From assembly GCA_965203965.1 (NCBI GenBank), contig CBDBDR010000015.1, positions 32,001-96,000 of the forward strand: a stretch of 64,000 nucleotides of DNA. Direction: 5' to 3'. Within the stretch, counting starts at the first letter, position 1, and every line of letters starts with the position of its first letter. This document shows, in pieces, positions 51,268 through 62,282 of this stretch. The stretch comes from Thermodesulfobacteriota bacterium (lineage in GTDB: Bacteria > Desulfobacterota_D > UBA1144 > Nemesobacterales > JAJCZQ01). Below the pieces are notes generated by a model. It ran no database searches. It saw nothing but the letters and a program-made list of their open reading frames with translations, and was not told the origin of the DNA. The translations under genes were made by a program, and so were the position numbers.

Positions 51268-54200
51268 CTATTGATAACCTAACTCTGGAGGATAAGATGC
51301 AACTGGTATTTTGATCTGAACTGATTTCAATGTTCCAGCTCCCTCCTTAGCCTTCTTAATAGGCTTTTTTACTTGCTTGCTTGTTGCTCTTTTTTTCAGA
51401 GGAGATAATGACATTTTCTTTGCCAGCGATATCTTCACAGGTGATATGGCAATCCTAGGTGTCTTGGTCCGTGGCAATGAAGTATTGTCCACTGACTTCT
51501 CACTTGCTAATCTCTTCCCCAGCTTATTGGACGAATCTTTGCTACTCTCACTACTATCCGTCTGTGATCGCTTTGCCACTTTCCTGGATGATTTCCTTGT
51601 GCTGACAGAGCTCTTTCCCTTGCCACTATATGATGGTCGATACTCTTCTTCCTCTGAATCAGAAGGAAGGAATTCTCCATCTGATGACTGATCATTGTCT
51701 TCATCATTTTCTGACTCACTGTCAGAAAGCTCCTGTACAGGTTCTTCATCAACAATTTCAACTGCTTCTTTTTTCTTTGGCACAGTAGCTTTGCTCTTCT
51801 TATCTTTTGCCTTTACACTAGGCCTCTGTTGTGAAGCAGTTGGTACTTCTTTCTTCTTCTTGACACTCACTACACTGTCAGTGTCTTCACTCTCTTCAGC
51901 CTAAAATTAAGCATAAACTTGAGAGCATAGGAATGTAATATGCCACACACCATTCTAACAGACCCAGACAGCCAGTCTAGTCCCTTACTGTCGGCCTTCA
52001 TTCCTCTTTTTTTCAACTCATCTTCAAACATTTTCTTCATCTTTGAGTAGTCCGGTTTCTGTGAGTACTCGAGGCTATACACATACTTCATGTACTCCTC
52101 CAGGCAACCTGGAGTAGCAGGCCCACCAAAACAGTCTGTCATTAGCTTTTTTATGTTTGACTTGTACCTAGAAAAATGTGAATTCTGTGTGAACAATTAT
52201 GTTGGAGATTTACATTGATTTCTGATTGGCCACTTTTTGTTTGTCAGTCAAACACTTTTCCCAGGGTAGTTGACCAGATGCCCACTGCAGCAAACAGTAT
52301 CCAAGAATCTCTAGATCAGACCTTCTAGAACAGTCTAAAAAGACATAAAAATGAGATATTGCAAAATTTTACAAGCACATCAACATACACGCTCCATTGT
52401 GAGCATCAATGCTAGTGAACTCGATGGTGCCATCATGACAACGACGGCGATCCTCTTCATACTTCTTGTGGTCTCCTTCTGGATTATAGCGATATGCTAA
52501 TCCATAGTCAACCAGGTACACCTGCCAGAGTGATAAAGAAGTAGAATAAGCTTGGTCAAAACACAGTATGTTGAACCTTGTGTGCATTGCGAGGGCCATA
52601 CCCAATGAGAATGTTAGAACCTTTTACATCAGCATGTACATACTCATTTGAATGGAGATACTCTAGAGCTTCAAGCTGAGTAAAAAAGAATGCACCATGT
52701 TACTGCATCATATGATAATGAAACTAACCATTTGCAGACCAATGTAGCACACTGTTTTGACACCGAAGCTTCCTTTGTTCTCCCGAAACAATTTTTCTAC
52801 ATCTTCTCCAAAACGTTCCATCACAAGGAAGCGATATTTTGTGGTCGATTCTTGGTGCAGACCAGATGCAACATAGACAGGCACAGGCAAATATTGTAGC
52901 TTATGATCTCGAATCCAACAAGCAACTATCAGAATAATTGTAGTTATAGTCTAAACAATTAAGAGCTATAAACTTACTCATTTCTTGCTTGGCTGCTCGT
53001 TGATAAAAGGCTAACTCAGAAAATAAAGGACCATTCTCATGAGGTTCCTAACAAGTTATTGATAATTATAATTGTCATTTAAGGGTGGAAATCCCAAACA
53101 TCAGGATTACGAATATTTTGGTTTCTACTGTTAGTTGAAGGCTTGGTCAGTCACACTGATCACCCAAGAAAGTCACCATTCGTTTTGTGGGCGTAGCAAG
53201 CCCCACCCAATGACGAAAAGTTGCGTTTCTTTCCTGAGCATGCCACACTCACACAAAATGTCAGACATAAACTTTGGTACACAAGGAAGAAACGTATGTA
53301 TGGGATTTTGCAAAAAGGTCTCTGTCTGTAAGTTACAGAGGGGCGAATATTTAATGAGAAGACACGATTTCGGCAAAAATCCCCTACCAGCAAGAGCGAT
53401 GGAAGAAGATACATCTCCTTTTGCCAGAGCGCCAAAAAAATGCCACCTGACGCCCTCCCCACAACCCACCCACCCCTATGTGGGTCTCTCGTGATTGCCG
53501 AGTACGAAATAATTTTGTTCCAAATACGGCAAGTGCTATTGGAGTGTGGGTACACCCATTTTCCTTGTAAAACGGGCAAGTAATAGCCAGGACACTGTAG
53601 ATTACATTGTGCAAAGGGCAGCAAGAAAGAATAGTTCGGCTTTTCCTGGCTTAATGCACACCCAGAGGCATTTAAAAATGTTTGCACTGAATGCAGTTCA
53701 AGGGATAAAAATGTACAGCAAGCGCAATTCTGTGCCAGCATAAAATGCCTGGGAATGAGGTACCCGTCTATTAGAGTGAGTGGGTAAATACCCACATCAG
53801 AATACTTTTTCTCACTACACCCAGCATAAACAATCCCTGGACAGAATTTTTCTGAGTAAAAAATTAATAACAAAACTTATGGGATGCAAGACAAAAATCC
53901 TAACATTGAAATATGTCGTATTCTAACACAAATCACAATAAATTTCAAACTAGTAATCATACTTTAAGTAAGCTCAAACATAATTTTAAAGCTAGTGTAA
54001 CACCTTGGTTTATGAACTTACAACTTTAATAACATGTCTTGGATCCTTTGCAGTTTCTTTGCCTTTTAATGTGGCCTGGTATATCTCTCCAAACCCACCC
54101 CTACCCACGGACTTTCCCAGTATCCACTGCTTCTTGAGTAGGTCCGTAAGCACACTTCCAGCTGGAATAGGCTTTGGCATACTTCTTTTGGTAGTCTGCT

Positions 54201-54288
54201 TGAGTACTACGCATGGCTTTTTAGGTGCTGGTTTTGAATCAATCGCACCATCTATTGAAGAATCTTTAGTTGGTCGCTTTCGAGGCAT
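51268..54288 (-). CDS. VRK1: Vaccinia-related kinase 1-like Ser/Thr kinase
   Basis: [76 protein letters not shown]. Confidence 0.92.
53100..53880. mobile_element. Probable repeat/transposon-derived insertion in VRK1 intron 1; ends undefined
   Basis: Intron is ~970 nt versus a typical ~50, with a compositionally distinct interior; no clear TIR pair found. Confidence 0.3.
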
Positions 54289-54498
54289 CGTGTTGCAGTT
54301 GCTAGTACTATAGTATAGTTAGTGGGACTGGTAGTATAGTACTTTGTACCCGCCCTTTCCCGCGCAACGTCAGTTACGTCACCAGGCCAGATCGTATCTC
54401 TTATCTTAGTCTTTACTATCATTCCCATACACAGTATGGGTTGTCATTATAGCACTCAACACACCGTAAAAATATAGACAAGAGTATAGTAACACAGT

Positions 54499-54771
54499 TT
54501 AGACAAAAGCCTTAGTCCATTCGTCCAGGCATCCAAAGCAATCCCTGGCTTGCTTGGCATTAGCCCCACAGGTACTCTTTAGCCAGTCAATGAACAATTC
54601 TTCGTCCTTTTTTAGGATCAAGAATTGACCGAGTAATGTGTACGCCTTGTCAAATCCTTTCTCGGATAGTTTACCACCAAGAACTGGGCCAAGTCCAGCT
54701 ATTTCAGTAACTGGTTTCTCTCCCATTGGTTCAGAGACAAAATTACGGTGCTTCTGTGACGTTGAAGACAT
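54499..54771 (-). CDS. BANF1: Barrier-to-autointegration factor
   Basis: [26 protein letters not shown]-type segment..[37 protein letters not shown]; 90 aa. Confidence 0.97.
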   Translation of the reverse strand: MSSTSQKHRNFVSEPMGEKPVTEIAGLGPVLGGKLSEKGFDKAYTLLGQFLILKKDEELFIDWLKSTCGANAKQARDCFGCLDEWTKAFV

Positions 54772-54879
54772 ATTCTCTTCAGTACTCTATAAACAAAGCT
54801 TTGTATAGACTGCAGTGACGAGAGAAAAGTGTAGAAATTACAGAGAGAGCCAAAACCAAACCTACCAGTTTTAAGTACT

Positions 54880-55066
54880 TTTCTGCTGCTGCTGCGGCGC
54901 GCCCAAAATAGCATCACGTGAGTTCATCACGTGATCCCCGCATGCATGCATAGCATATGCATAGCGCATGCTACATACTGCACTAGCACTGTGTCGACAT
55001 GTCAGCACTGTGTAGTTAGGTTATAAAATCTCCCACGACGAGTTCATCGCCTGATCACCAACCGAA
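54880..55066. promoter_or_regulatory. Bidirectional promoter region (BANF1 / SDR copy 1) with tandem TCACGTGA and TATAAAA
   Basis: CACGTG at 54915 and 54928; tataaaa at 55022. Confidence 0.55.
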
Positions 55067-56428
55067 ATGGCTACGGCTACCAGCCCTGAATTATGTTTGG
55101 TGACCGGTGCTTCAGGCTACATAGCAGGTCATGTCATCAAGCAACTGCTAGAGCGTGGAGAGGTGCGCGTGCGTGGGACGGTGCGAAGCCTAAAAAATGA
55201 AAAGAACGAAAAACTCCGTAGCCTTGTGCCCGATGCAAAATACCCTCTGGAGCTGGTAGAAGGAGACCTGCTGAATGCCGAGTCCTGGATAGAGGCTGTG
55301 AAAGGATGTTCAAAGGTCTATCATGTCGCATCTCCCTTACCCCGCGGGACTCCAAGGGACGAAAACGAACTTATAACCCCTGCTGTTGAAGGCACCCTAA
55401 ACGTACTCAAGGCGTGCGTTGAAGCTGGGACAGTGAAAAGAGTTGTCCTTACCAGCTCAGTAGCGGCTATATCTAATGGTCTGAATGCAGAAAATGGTCG
55501 CACCTACACATCAGAAGACTGGTCTACGGAGGGAAGTTGCGGTGCCTACGAGAAGAGCAAGTTGCTAGCAGAAAAGGCAGCTTGGGACTTTGTGAAGCAG
55601 TTGGAAGAGGACAAGAAATTTGAACTTGTTGCTATTAACCCTGCAGCCGTTTTTGGGCCTTTTGCCAGTCCTACTTCTGTCAATTCCACTTCAGTCAGCA
55701 TCATAAGTGACATTTTAAACAACAAGTTTGCTGCCTTTCCTCGTGTAAGCATCCCTTCAGTCGATGTCAGAGATGTTGCTAAGGCTCATTTGGCTGCCAT
55801 GGAAAAGCCTGAAGCAGCTGGTAACCGCTTTGTTCTTTATTCCAAGAGTATGTGGATGAGAGATATGGCTGATACTATTGCAGCTGAGTTCAAGCCAATG
55901 GGTTACAAGATTTCTTCAATGAATCTACCCAAGTTTGGATTGTGGATTTTCAAATGGTTTAGTGCTGATGCAAAGATGATGTACCCATTGGTTGACGTAG
56001 AGTACAGCTACGACACAACTAAGCTGAAGGATATATTGGGTATTGAACCAATCGACCTCAATGCTACAATTATCGACACGTGCTATAGCCTCATTGAGTA
56101 TGGTGTGGTTCCCAAGACTGCCAATTACAGGAATCCAAAATCAACTGAAGCAGAAACAGCAAGTGAACAACCAGAGGAAAAACCTAAAGCAGAACCTGCT
56201 ACTGAACCAACCGAAGCCAAAACAGTACAAGAAGAATCTCCTGAAGAGCTTGTTTCAAAGCAGAATGAATCAGAAGTTAAGTCGACTGAAGAGGAGACAC
56301 AAGAAGAAGGTGCTACCAAGCATGATGAACTAACTGAGCCCAAGTCAGCTAAAGAAAAGACACTAGAAACTACTAGTACTGAAGAACCTGCTTCTGAACA
56401 GAAGGAAGAGTCCCCTTCAAAAGAGTAG
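55067..56428 (+). CDS. Extended SDR NAD(P)-dependent reductase (aldehyde reductase/DFR-like) copy 1 with acidic tail
   Basis: LVTGASGYIA, RGTVR, HVASP, AVEGTLNVL, TSS, YEKSK catalytic YxxxK, VDVRDVAKAH. Confidence 0.92.
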   Translation: MATATSPELCLVTGASGYIAGHVIKQLLERGEVRVRGTVRSLKNEKNEKLRSLVPDAKYPLELVEGDLLNAESWIEAVKGCSKVYHVASPLPRGTPRDENELITPAVEGTLNVLKACVEAGTVKRVVLTSSVAAISNGLNAENGRTYTSEDWSTEGSCGAYEKSKLLAEKAAWDFVKQLEEDKKFELVAINPAAVFGPFASPTSVNSTSVSIISDILNNKFAAFPRVSIPSVDVRDVAKAHLAAMEKPEAAGNRFVLYSKSMWMRDMADTIAAEFKPMGYKISSMNLPKFGLWIFKWFSADAKMMYPLVDVEYSYDTTKLKDILGIEPIDLNATIIDTCYSLIEYGVVPKTANYRNPKSTEAETASEQPEEKPKAEPATEPTEAKTVQEESPEELVSKQNESEVKSTEEETQEEGATKHDELTEPKSAKEKTLETTSTEEPASEQKEESPSKE

Positions 56429-56570
56429 ATAAGTTTAGCTTGATGCATTAGTATTAAAAATTATTTTTAGCTTCATTTTTAGTTCAGTTTGTCAAGATCT
56501 TGCACATTATGATAAGAATCCGTGCCCAAAATAACATCACGTGACGTAGAGTGTTGCGCAGCTGCATGGA

Positions 56571-58184
56571 ATGGCTACGGCTACCAGCCCTGAATTATGT
56601 TTAGTGACCGGTGCTTCAGGCTACATAGCAGGTCATGTCATCAAGCAACTGCTAGAGCGTGGAGAGGTGCGCGTGCGTGGGACAGTGCGAAGTCTAAAAA
56701 ATGAAAAGAACGAAAAACTCCGTAGCCTTGTGCCCGATGCAAAATACCCTCTGGAGCTGGTAGAAGGAGACCTGCTGAATGCCGAGTCCTGGATAGAGGC
56801 TGTGAAAGGATGTTCAAAGGTCTATCATGTCGCATCTCCCTTCCCTCGCGGGACTCCAAGGGATGAAAACGAGGTTATAACCCCTGCTGTTGAAGGCACC
56901 CTAAACGTTCTCAAGGCGTGCGCTGAAGCTGGGACAGTGAAAAGAGTCGTTTTTACCAGCTCCATAGCGGCTGTATCTAACGGTATGAATGGAGAAAATG
57001 GTCGCACCTACACATCAGATGACTGGTCTATAGAAGAGAACTGTGGTTCTTATGAGAAGAGCAAATTGTTAGCAGAAAAGGCAGCTTGGGACTTCGTGAA
57101 GCAGTTGGAAGAGGACAAGAAATTTGAACTTGTTGCTATAAACGCTGCAGTTGTTTTTGGGCCTTTTGCCAGTCCTACTTCTGTCAATTCAACTTCAGTC
57201 AGCATCATAAGTGACATTTTAAACAACAAGATTCCTGCCTTTCCTCGTGTAAGCATGCCTTCAGTCGATGTCAGAGATGTTGCTAAGGCTCATTTGGCTG
57301 CCATGGAAAAGCCTGAAGCAGCTGGTAACCGCTTTGTTCTTTATTCCAAGAGTATATGGATGAGAGATATGGCTGATACTATTGCAGCTGAGTTCAAGCC
57401 AATGGGTTACAAGATTTCTTCAATGAATCTACCCAAGTTTGGATTGTGGATTGTCAAATGGTTTAGTGCTGATGCAAAGCAGATGTACCCATTGGTTGAC
57501 AAAGAATTCAGCTACGACACTACTAAGCTGAAGGATATATTGGGTATTGAACCAATCGACCTCAATGCTACAATTATCGACACGTGCTATAGCCTCATTG
57601 AGTATGGTGTGGTTCCCAAGACTGCCAATTACAGGAATCCAAAATCAACTGAAGCAGAAACAGCAATTGAACAACCAGAGGAGACACCTAAAGCAGAACC
57701 TGCTACTGAGCAGAACGAACCAACCAAAGCTGTAACAGCACAAACAGCACAAGAAGAATCTCCTGAAGAACCTGTTTCAAAGCAGAATGAATCAACTGAA
57801 GCTAAGTCGACTGAAGAAGAGACACAAGAAGGTGCTTCCAATCATGATGAGCCCAAATCAACTGAAGTAGAGACACATGAAGAAGGTGCATCCAATCAAG
57901 ATGAACCAACTGAGCCCAAGTCAGTTGAAGAAGAGACACAAGAAGGTGCTTCCAATCATGATGAGCCCAAATCGACTGAAGTAGAGACACAAGAAGAAGG
58001 TGCATCCAATCAGGATGAACCAACTGAGCCCAAGTCAGTTGAAGAAGAGACACAAGAAGGTGCGTCCAAGGAGGATGTACCAACTGAGCCCAAGTCAGTT
58101 GAAGAAGAGACACAAGAAACCACTGAACAACCTGCTTCTAAGCAGGATGAAAAAAAGGAGGAGTCCTCTCCAGAAGAGTATTAA
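56571..58184 (+). CDS. Extended SDR reductase copy 2 (tandem duplicate) with an expanded acidic repeat tail
   Basis: Near-identical to copy 1 over the enzyme domain, with the same motifs. Confidence 0.92.
   Translation: MATATSPELCLVTGASGYIAGHVIKQLLERGEVRVRGTVRSLKNEKNEKLRSLVPDAKYPLELVEGDLLNAESWIEAVKGCSKVYHVASPFPRGTPRDENEVITPAVEGTLNVLKACAEAGTVKRVVFTSSIAAVSNGMNGENGRTYTSDDWSIEENCGSYEKSKLLAEKAAWDFVKQLEEDKKFELVAINAAVVFGPFASPTSVNSTSVSIISDILNNKIPAFPRVSMPSVDVRDVAKAHLAAMEKPEAAGNRFVLYSKSIWMRDMADTIAAEFKPMGYKISSMNLPKFGLWIVKWFSADAKQMYPLVDKEFSYDTTKLKDILGIEPIDLNATIIDTCYSLIEYGVVPKTANYRNPKSTEAETAIEQPEETPKAEPATEQNEPTKAVTAQTAQEESPEEPVSKQNESTEAKSTEEETQEGASNHDEPKSTEVETHEEGASNQDEPTEPKSVEEETQEGASNHDEPKSTEVETQEEGASNQDEPTEPKSVEEETQEGASKEDVPTEPKSVEEETQETTEQPASKQDEKKEESSPEEY
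57790..58120 (+). repeat. Coding tandem repeat of alternating 63-nt and 51-nt units (114-nt higher-order repeat)
   Basis: EPKSTEVETxEEGASNQDEPT alternates with EPKSVEEETQEGASNHD. Confidence 0.85.
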
Positions 58185-58594
58185 ATAATTATTAGGTCAA
58201 CTATTTCTGCAATGTTGTTTTTAGCTTCACTTTTGTCTATGTGATGCGTTGGGTACGGTACGGTACATTGCGTTCGACGTTCTCGTGCACGCGCGCGCAC
58301 ACAATGCACGCGTGATCAGAAGCTAACACGTGACAAAGAACAGCACAGCTGAGTTTGATTTGTTCGTCCCGGCTTGTCTCTGGAGTCTGGACGAAGATCT
58401 TGCGTTACTTTGCGAGGCGCCTCTCTCTCTTGAGAGGGAGAGAGAGTAGGATTCGCTTAACTCATCTCGCTTGTTCACACGATGGATCTGGTATTGCATT
58501 GTTGTTGCGCAATCACTCGTATTTTTATTGAAAACTTTTGCGAGTGAGCAAGTCAGGACGAGCGAACTAGCGTATCAAAAGAGTTGTCAAAATT

Positions 58595-61500
58595 ATGTCT
58601 CGAGCAACGAAAAGAAAGCACGTGGCAAAAGAAGTTATGGAAGATTTGGTGGAGCCCACAGATACCCAAGAAATTGTAAAGGTAGGAGTTATTATCATGT
58701 AGTGACTAGAGTCCAGTTAACATTTTCTATTGGTCCAAGGTTGAGTGTGGGTGTGGTAACAATCTGCACAGGGTCCAAGCATCAGATGGCAGGCAGTTTC
58801 TTGTAAGCATGCCCCGAAAATTTAGGCGTAATGTGTGGATTAAAAAAGGTACAGTTGCATTATGACTAAGAATAAGCACATTTCATTTCAAGTATACTTA
58901 GGTGATTATGTGGTAGTTGAAAGTATTGCTGAAGGACGCAAAGTGCAAGCAGAAATTGTAAACATTCTTTTTCCACAGCAGGTTAAGCACTTGAAGGAGG
59001 AGAACATGTGGTTAGTAAAGTGTACTAAGAGTGTTTACAATGGTCTTTTTTGCTTTGTCTATGCATTTGAGTTGTCTAAAAAGGTATAATGGGTTGCTAC
59101 TTTAAGGTGGACTAATGCGATGTTTAGTTTTATTTTCTTTGCTATACGCACTTGAAGCAGCAAACAGACAGCTGCTACAATGTTGCAGCATCGCTACCTC
59201 ACTAAGAAGCATTTTTGCCATCTGTATTTTGCTTGATATGCATACAGCCACGAGTAAACACAAGCAAATAAATTTTACATACTTGTTTCAATGCTGTGCC
59301 AATCGCTATGCAAGCTTCTTTGTGACTGAACTCTGACGCAAGCATGGGTTTCTCAATCTTCAACTTGGAAGTACTAAAACAGCAAACTTGTATGCACACA
59401 TTTACTGAACCCTACGGTCATCGTTTTTCAAGCTGAGCTATGCGTGTGTGCAAGCATTACAGTTGAATGTCATGCAGTAAAAATTTTATAAATCTGCAAG
59501 ACTATATGAAAACTATAGGTCATAATAGGTTTGCATTCTAAACTTTCAGTAGCATCCATTATTGTTATATCACTGTACGAGTACATGCCATACTCACATT
59601 TATAGCATAGCTACGAGTATTTGACCAATCAGATTGCTCAGTTGCCGGGTTATAATTCTCATATGACCCGCGGGCTTTCATATGACCCGCGGGCTTTCAT
59701 ATTACCTGGCTACAAGTTATTGTGTTATTAATAGAATTCATGATTGATAATACTATTCATAATAACTGCTGTATAAACAAAGTCGGAATACAATGTACAA
59801 CACAGAAAGCAGGTGAATGATGACTGTGGAGATTTGCTGATATGTTTTAGGTACAGTGAACCAAGAGCTAGAAGCCTGCTGCTGCTGATGGTAGGAGCTA
59901 GTAGGGGGTGCAGAGTAGGTAGATAGTGCTGTAACAGAGCTGGATAGTGTCGAAGAGGCAGTGAAGGAGGAGCTGGTTAGTGGTGATGGAAATACTGGAA
60001 CAGTATAATAGTAGATGAGAGAGTGGATTGGAGGCGAAGCTGGAAAAAGCTGGTGGGTGGTGTCAAGGCGGAGGTCAGCGGTAGTAGATGAAAGGGTGGA
60101 GCTCGCAAGGCCTAGGGCTGGGCTAGTATCCGGCGATGGAAGTCACTGAGAGCGAGCTGCGCGATGGTGTTGGTGGTACGTGGTAGCTGCCACTAGCTGG
60201 GATATAAGCTATTGCTGTTGGAAGACTAGCCGTAACTTGTAGAGTAGTTGGGTCAAAAACGTCGTCATCTTGGACAAAAACGCAGCAGCTCTGGACACTC
60301 AAGTCAGCAAGAGAGCGTTCCATTGTAGCTTTTGCGTCGAAAAGTACTGTTGCTATGCTATAAATAACTTAGATACCTCGTCCGCGGGTCATACGTGATT
60401 TATAAACCCTCCGCGGTAAGTAACGACCTCGCTACGCTCGGTCGTCACAACAACCGCGTCGGGTTTATAAATCCCGTATGACCCTCGACTCGGTATCTAA
60501 CTATTATGTATGATATCGCATACAGGTCTTTATGAATAATTATTTATTATAATAGTGCTACTGCACCTGCCACCTTTAAGAGATTATAGTTGCAGAGCAC
60601 CTTAGTGCGAGGCAAATAATCCTGACAGTGTTGGTGTGGTGGAAATCTCAGCTAGCATAATAATTATTTACTTTATATATCCATCACGCCCTGGAATGCA
60701 ATAACTTACCCCCGGGGCCGTTACTGCTACAGTTGTGATGCTGTTCATATTATGAACTTGGAGATATGCCAGATGCAACTCGTGCATGAAACGCGCTGTG
60801 TGGTGAACATGAATGCTAGCTCCTGCTGTACGACGATTGTGTGACAACTGTCGCATAGTCTCGAGTAGTTTGAGTCGAGTCAACGGATTTACCATTTGCC
60901 TGCTGCACAAAGATCATGACATAGCCAAGTCGACTAGTAGAATGTGTAGAAGCTATGCATAGTGAATGACTGTCAAGTGTACTGGGCTTCCGTAGGGTGG
61001 GACCATGTAGATAATATTATCTATGGTGGGATGACGTCGAACAGCTGCAGAACTTTCCAACCACGTGATCTCCCCTGCTACAGTATGGTGTGCCCGGGCG
61101 CCCATGGGGTATTGCCCGGCACCCTCAGGGTAATAAATTGCACGAGGCATTCGTACTGCTAGTTAATGATGAAACTAACCATACATGATAGCAGGAGCCA
61201 CTCCGTATTATCACAATACAATGGTGAAATCCGAACATGGCTGCCATCTGACACAGAAATCTATTGCTAGGATATGTTGCTTATTACTAATACTACTCTT
61301 ATTCTATAGCATGTGCCGCGAAAGGCGAATAGTTGCAAAACTAAACACTGGGCATGGTCAATGCATTTTTCTCCTTTTTGGTCCGTCAATACCCCCTATG
61401 ATACTACCGTACTGACACGTTAGACTCGTGTGCTTATATTTCCACAGCAAAGAAATAATTATGCACATATCAGACAATGATGCGCCTATCGCCTACATGA

Positions 61501-62058
61501 GGATTTTGCTGTTTACAGAGGGGTACATGGTCAATGAGCTCATGATGGGGCTGTTTTTTTTTGGTGTTCAATTTCCACAAGTTTCCGTTCATGAAATTTA
61601 AGTACACACAACAGAAACCAACTCTGCCGTGTCAGTGTTAATTCTGTGGAGTCTTAAAATCTCTAACTTAGCTATAATGTATTGGTTGTGGTTGTCGTCT
61701 CTATTACTTTTATCTTGACTGATAATTATTCTGTGTTGCTGTCCTCGCATACAATTTGCCCAGCAAGCTTGTACACCAGTTCAACATTAACTGCAAAATT
61801 TATCCTAGGCCAGCTGCATTCAATGAACCAAATCACACTTCTCATTCGGCTACTCAATCAGCTCTTGACAACGAGAGAATAACAAAAAGGTACACTAGCA
61901 ATAGTCAATGTTTCTTTTATTTATCTCTCTCTTTATCTAGTACTCAAGAAACTGGTGATAGTAGTGAAGATAGTTCAGATGATGATAGTGATTTGTTTGT
62001 CAACACAAACAGACCTCCGTTGCTTTATGATGACGATGATTCTGATTCCGAAGATTGA
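58595..62058 (+). CDS. EIF1AD: Probable RNA-binding protein EIF1AD, 5 exons with one ~2.8-kb intron
   Basis: [60 protein letters not shown]. Confidence 0.93.
59598..60507. mobile_element. Non-autonomous element with 14-bp IRs plus a long terminal hairpin (Crypton-like, tentative) in the EIF1AD intron
   Basis: atttatagcatagc (59598) / gctatgctataaat (60352); hairpin 60369-60500 with centre cctcgctacgctcgg; ends tctaactattat. Confidence 0.65.
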
Positions 62059-62282
62059 AGTCATTTTTACATGCATCTTTTTATTATAATTATTTCTAAT
62101 GTAATTCTGTTTCTAATACAAAAACGACCCTTACTAATTATTTTGTCCATGCATGCCAAGCGCTACTGCGTGTAGATTCATAATCAAATTACGAAGTGGA
62201 TGACGCATGCATAATACATTTTGTCGACCGCAATAAAATACTGTGCATAGCGCCTTGCAGTAGTTGGCAATTCAGTTGAGCA

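Noticed and set aside
53160..53873. 237-aa ORF in VRK1 intron 1 as a nested gene or transposase
   Set aside because: No recognisable motif, a non-ATG start and unnatural composition; most likely a chance ORF in an insertion.
58240..58470. CpG-rich palindromic stretch with a CT/GA hairpin as an ncRNA
   Set aside because: Low-complexity pairing only; its position upstream of EIF1AD with a CACGTG fits promoter sequence.
60570..61700. Remainder of the EIF1AD large intron as a nested gene or DDE transposase remnant (weak PPYGSP resemblance)
   Set aside because: Only short ORFs, with no supporting catalytic motifs or defined ends.
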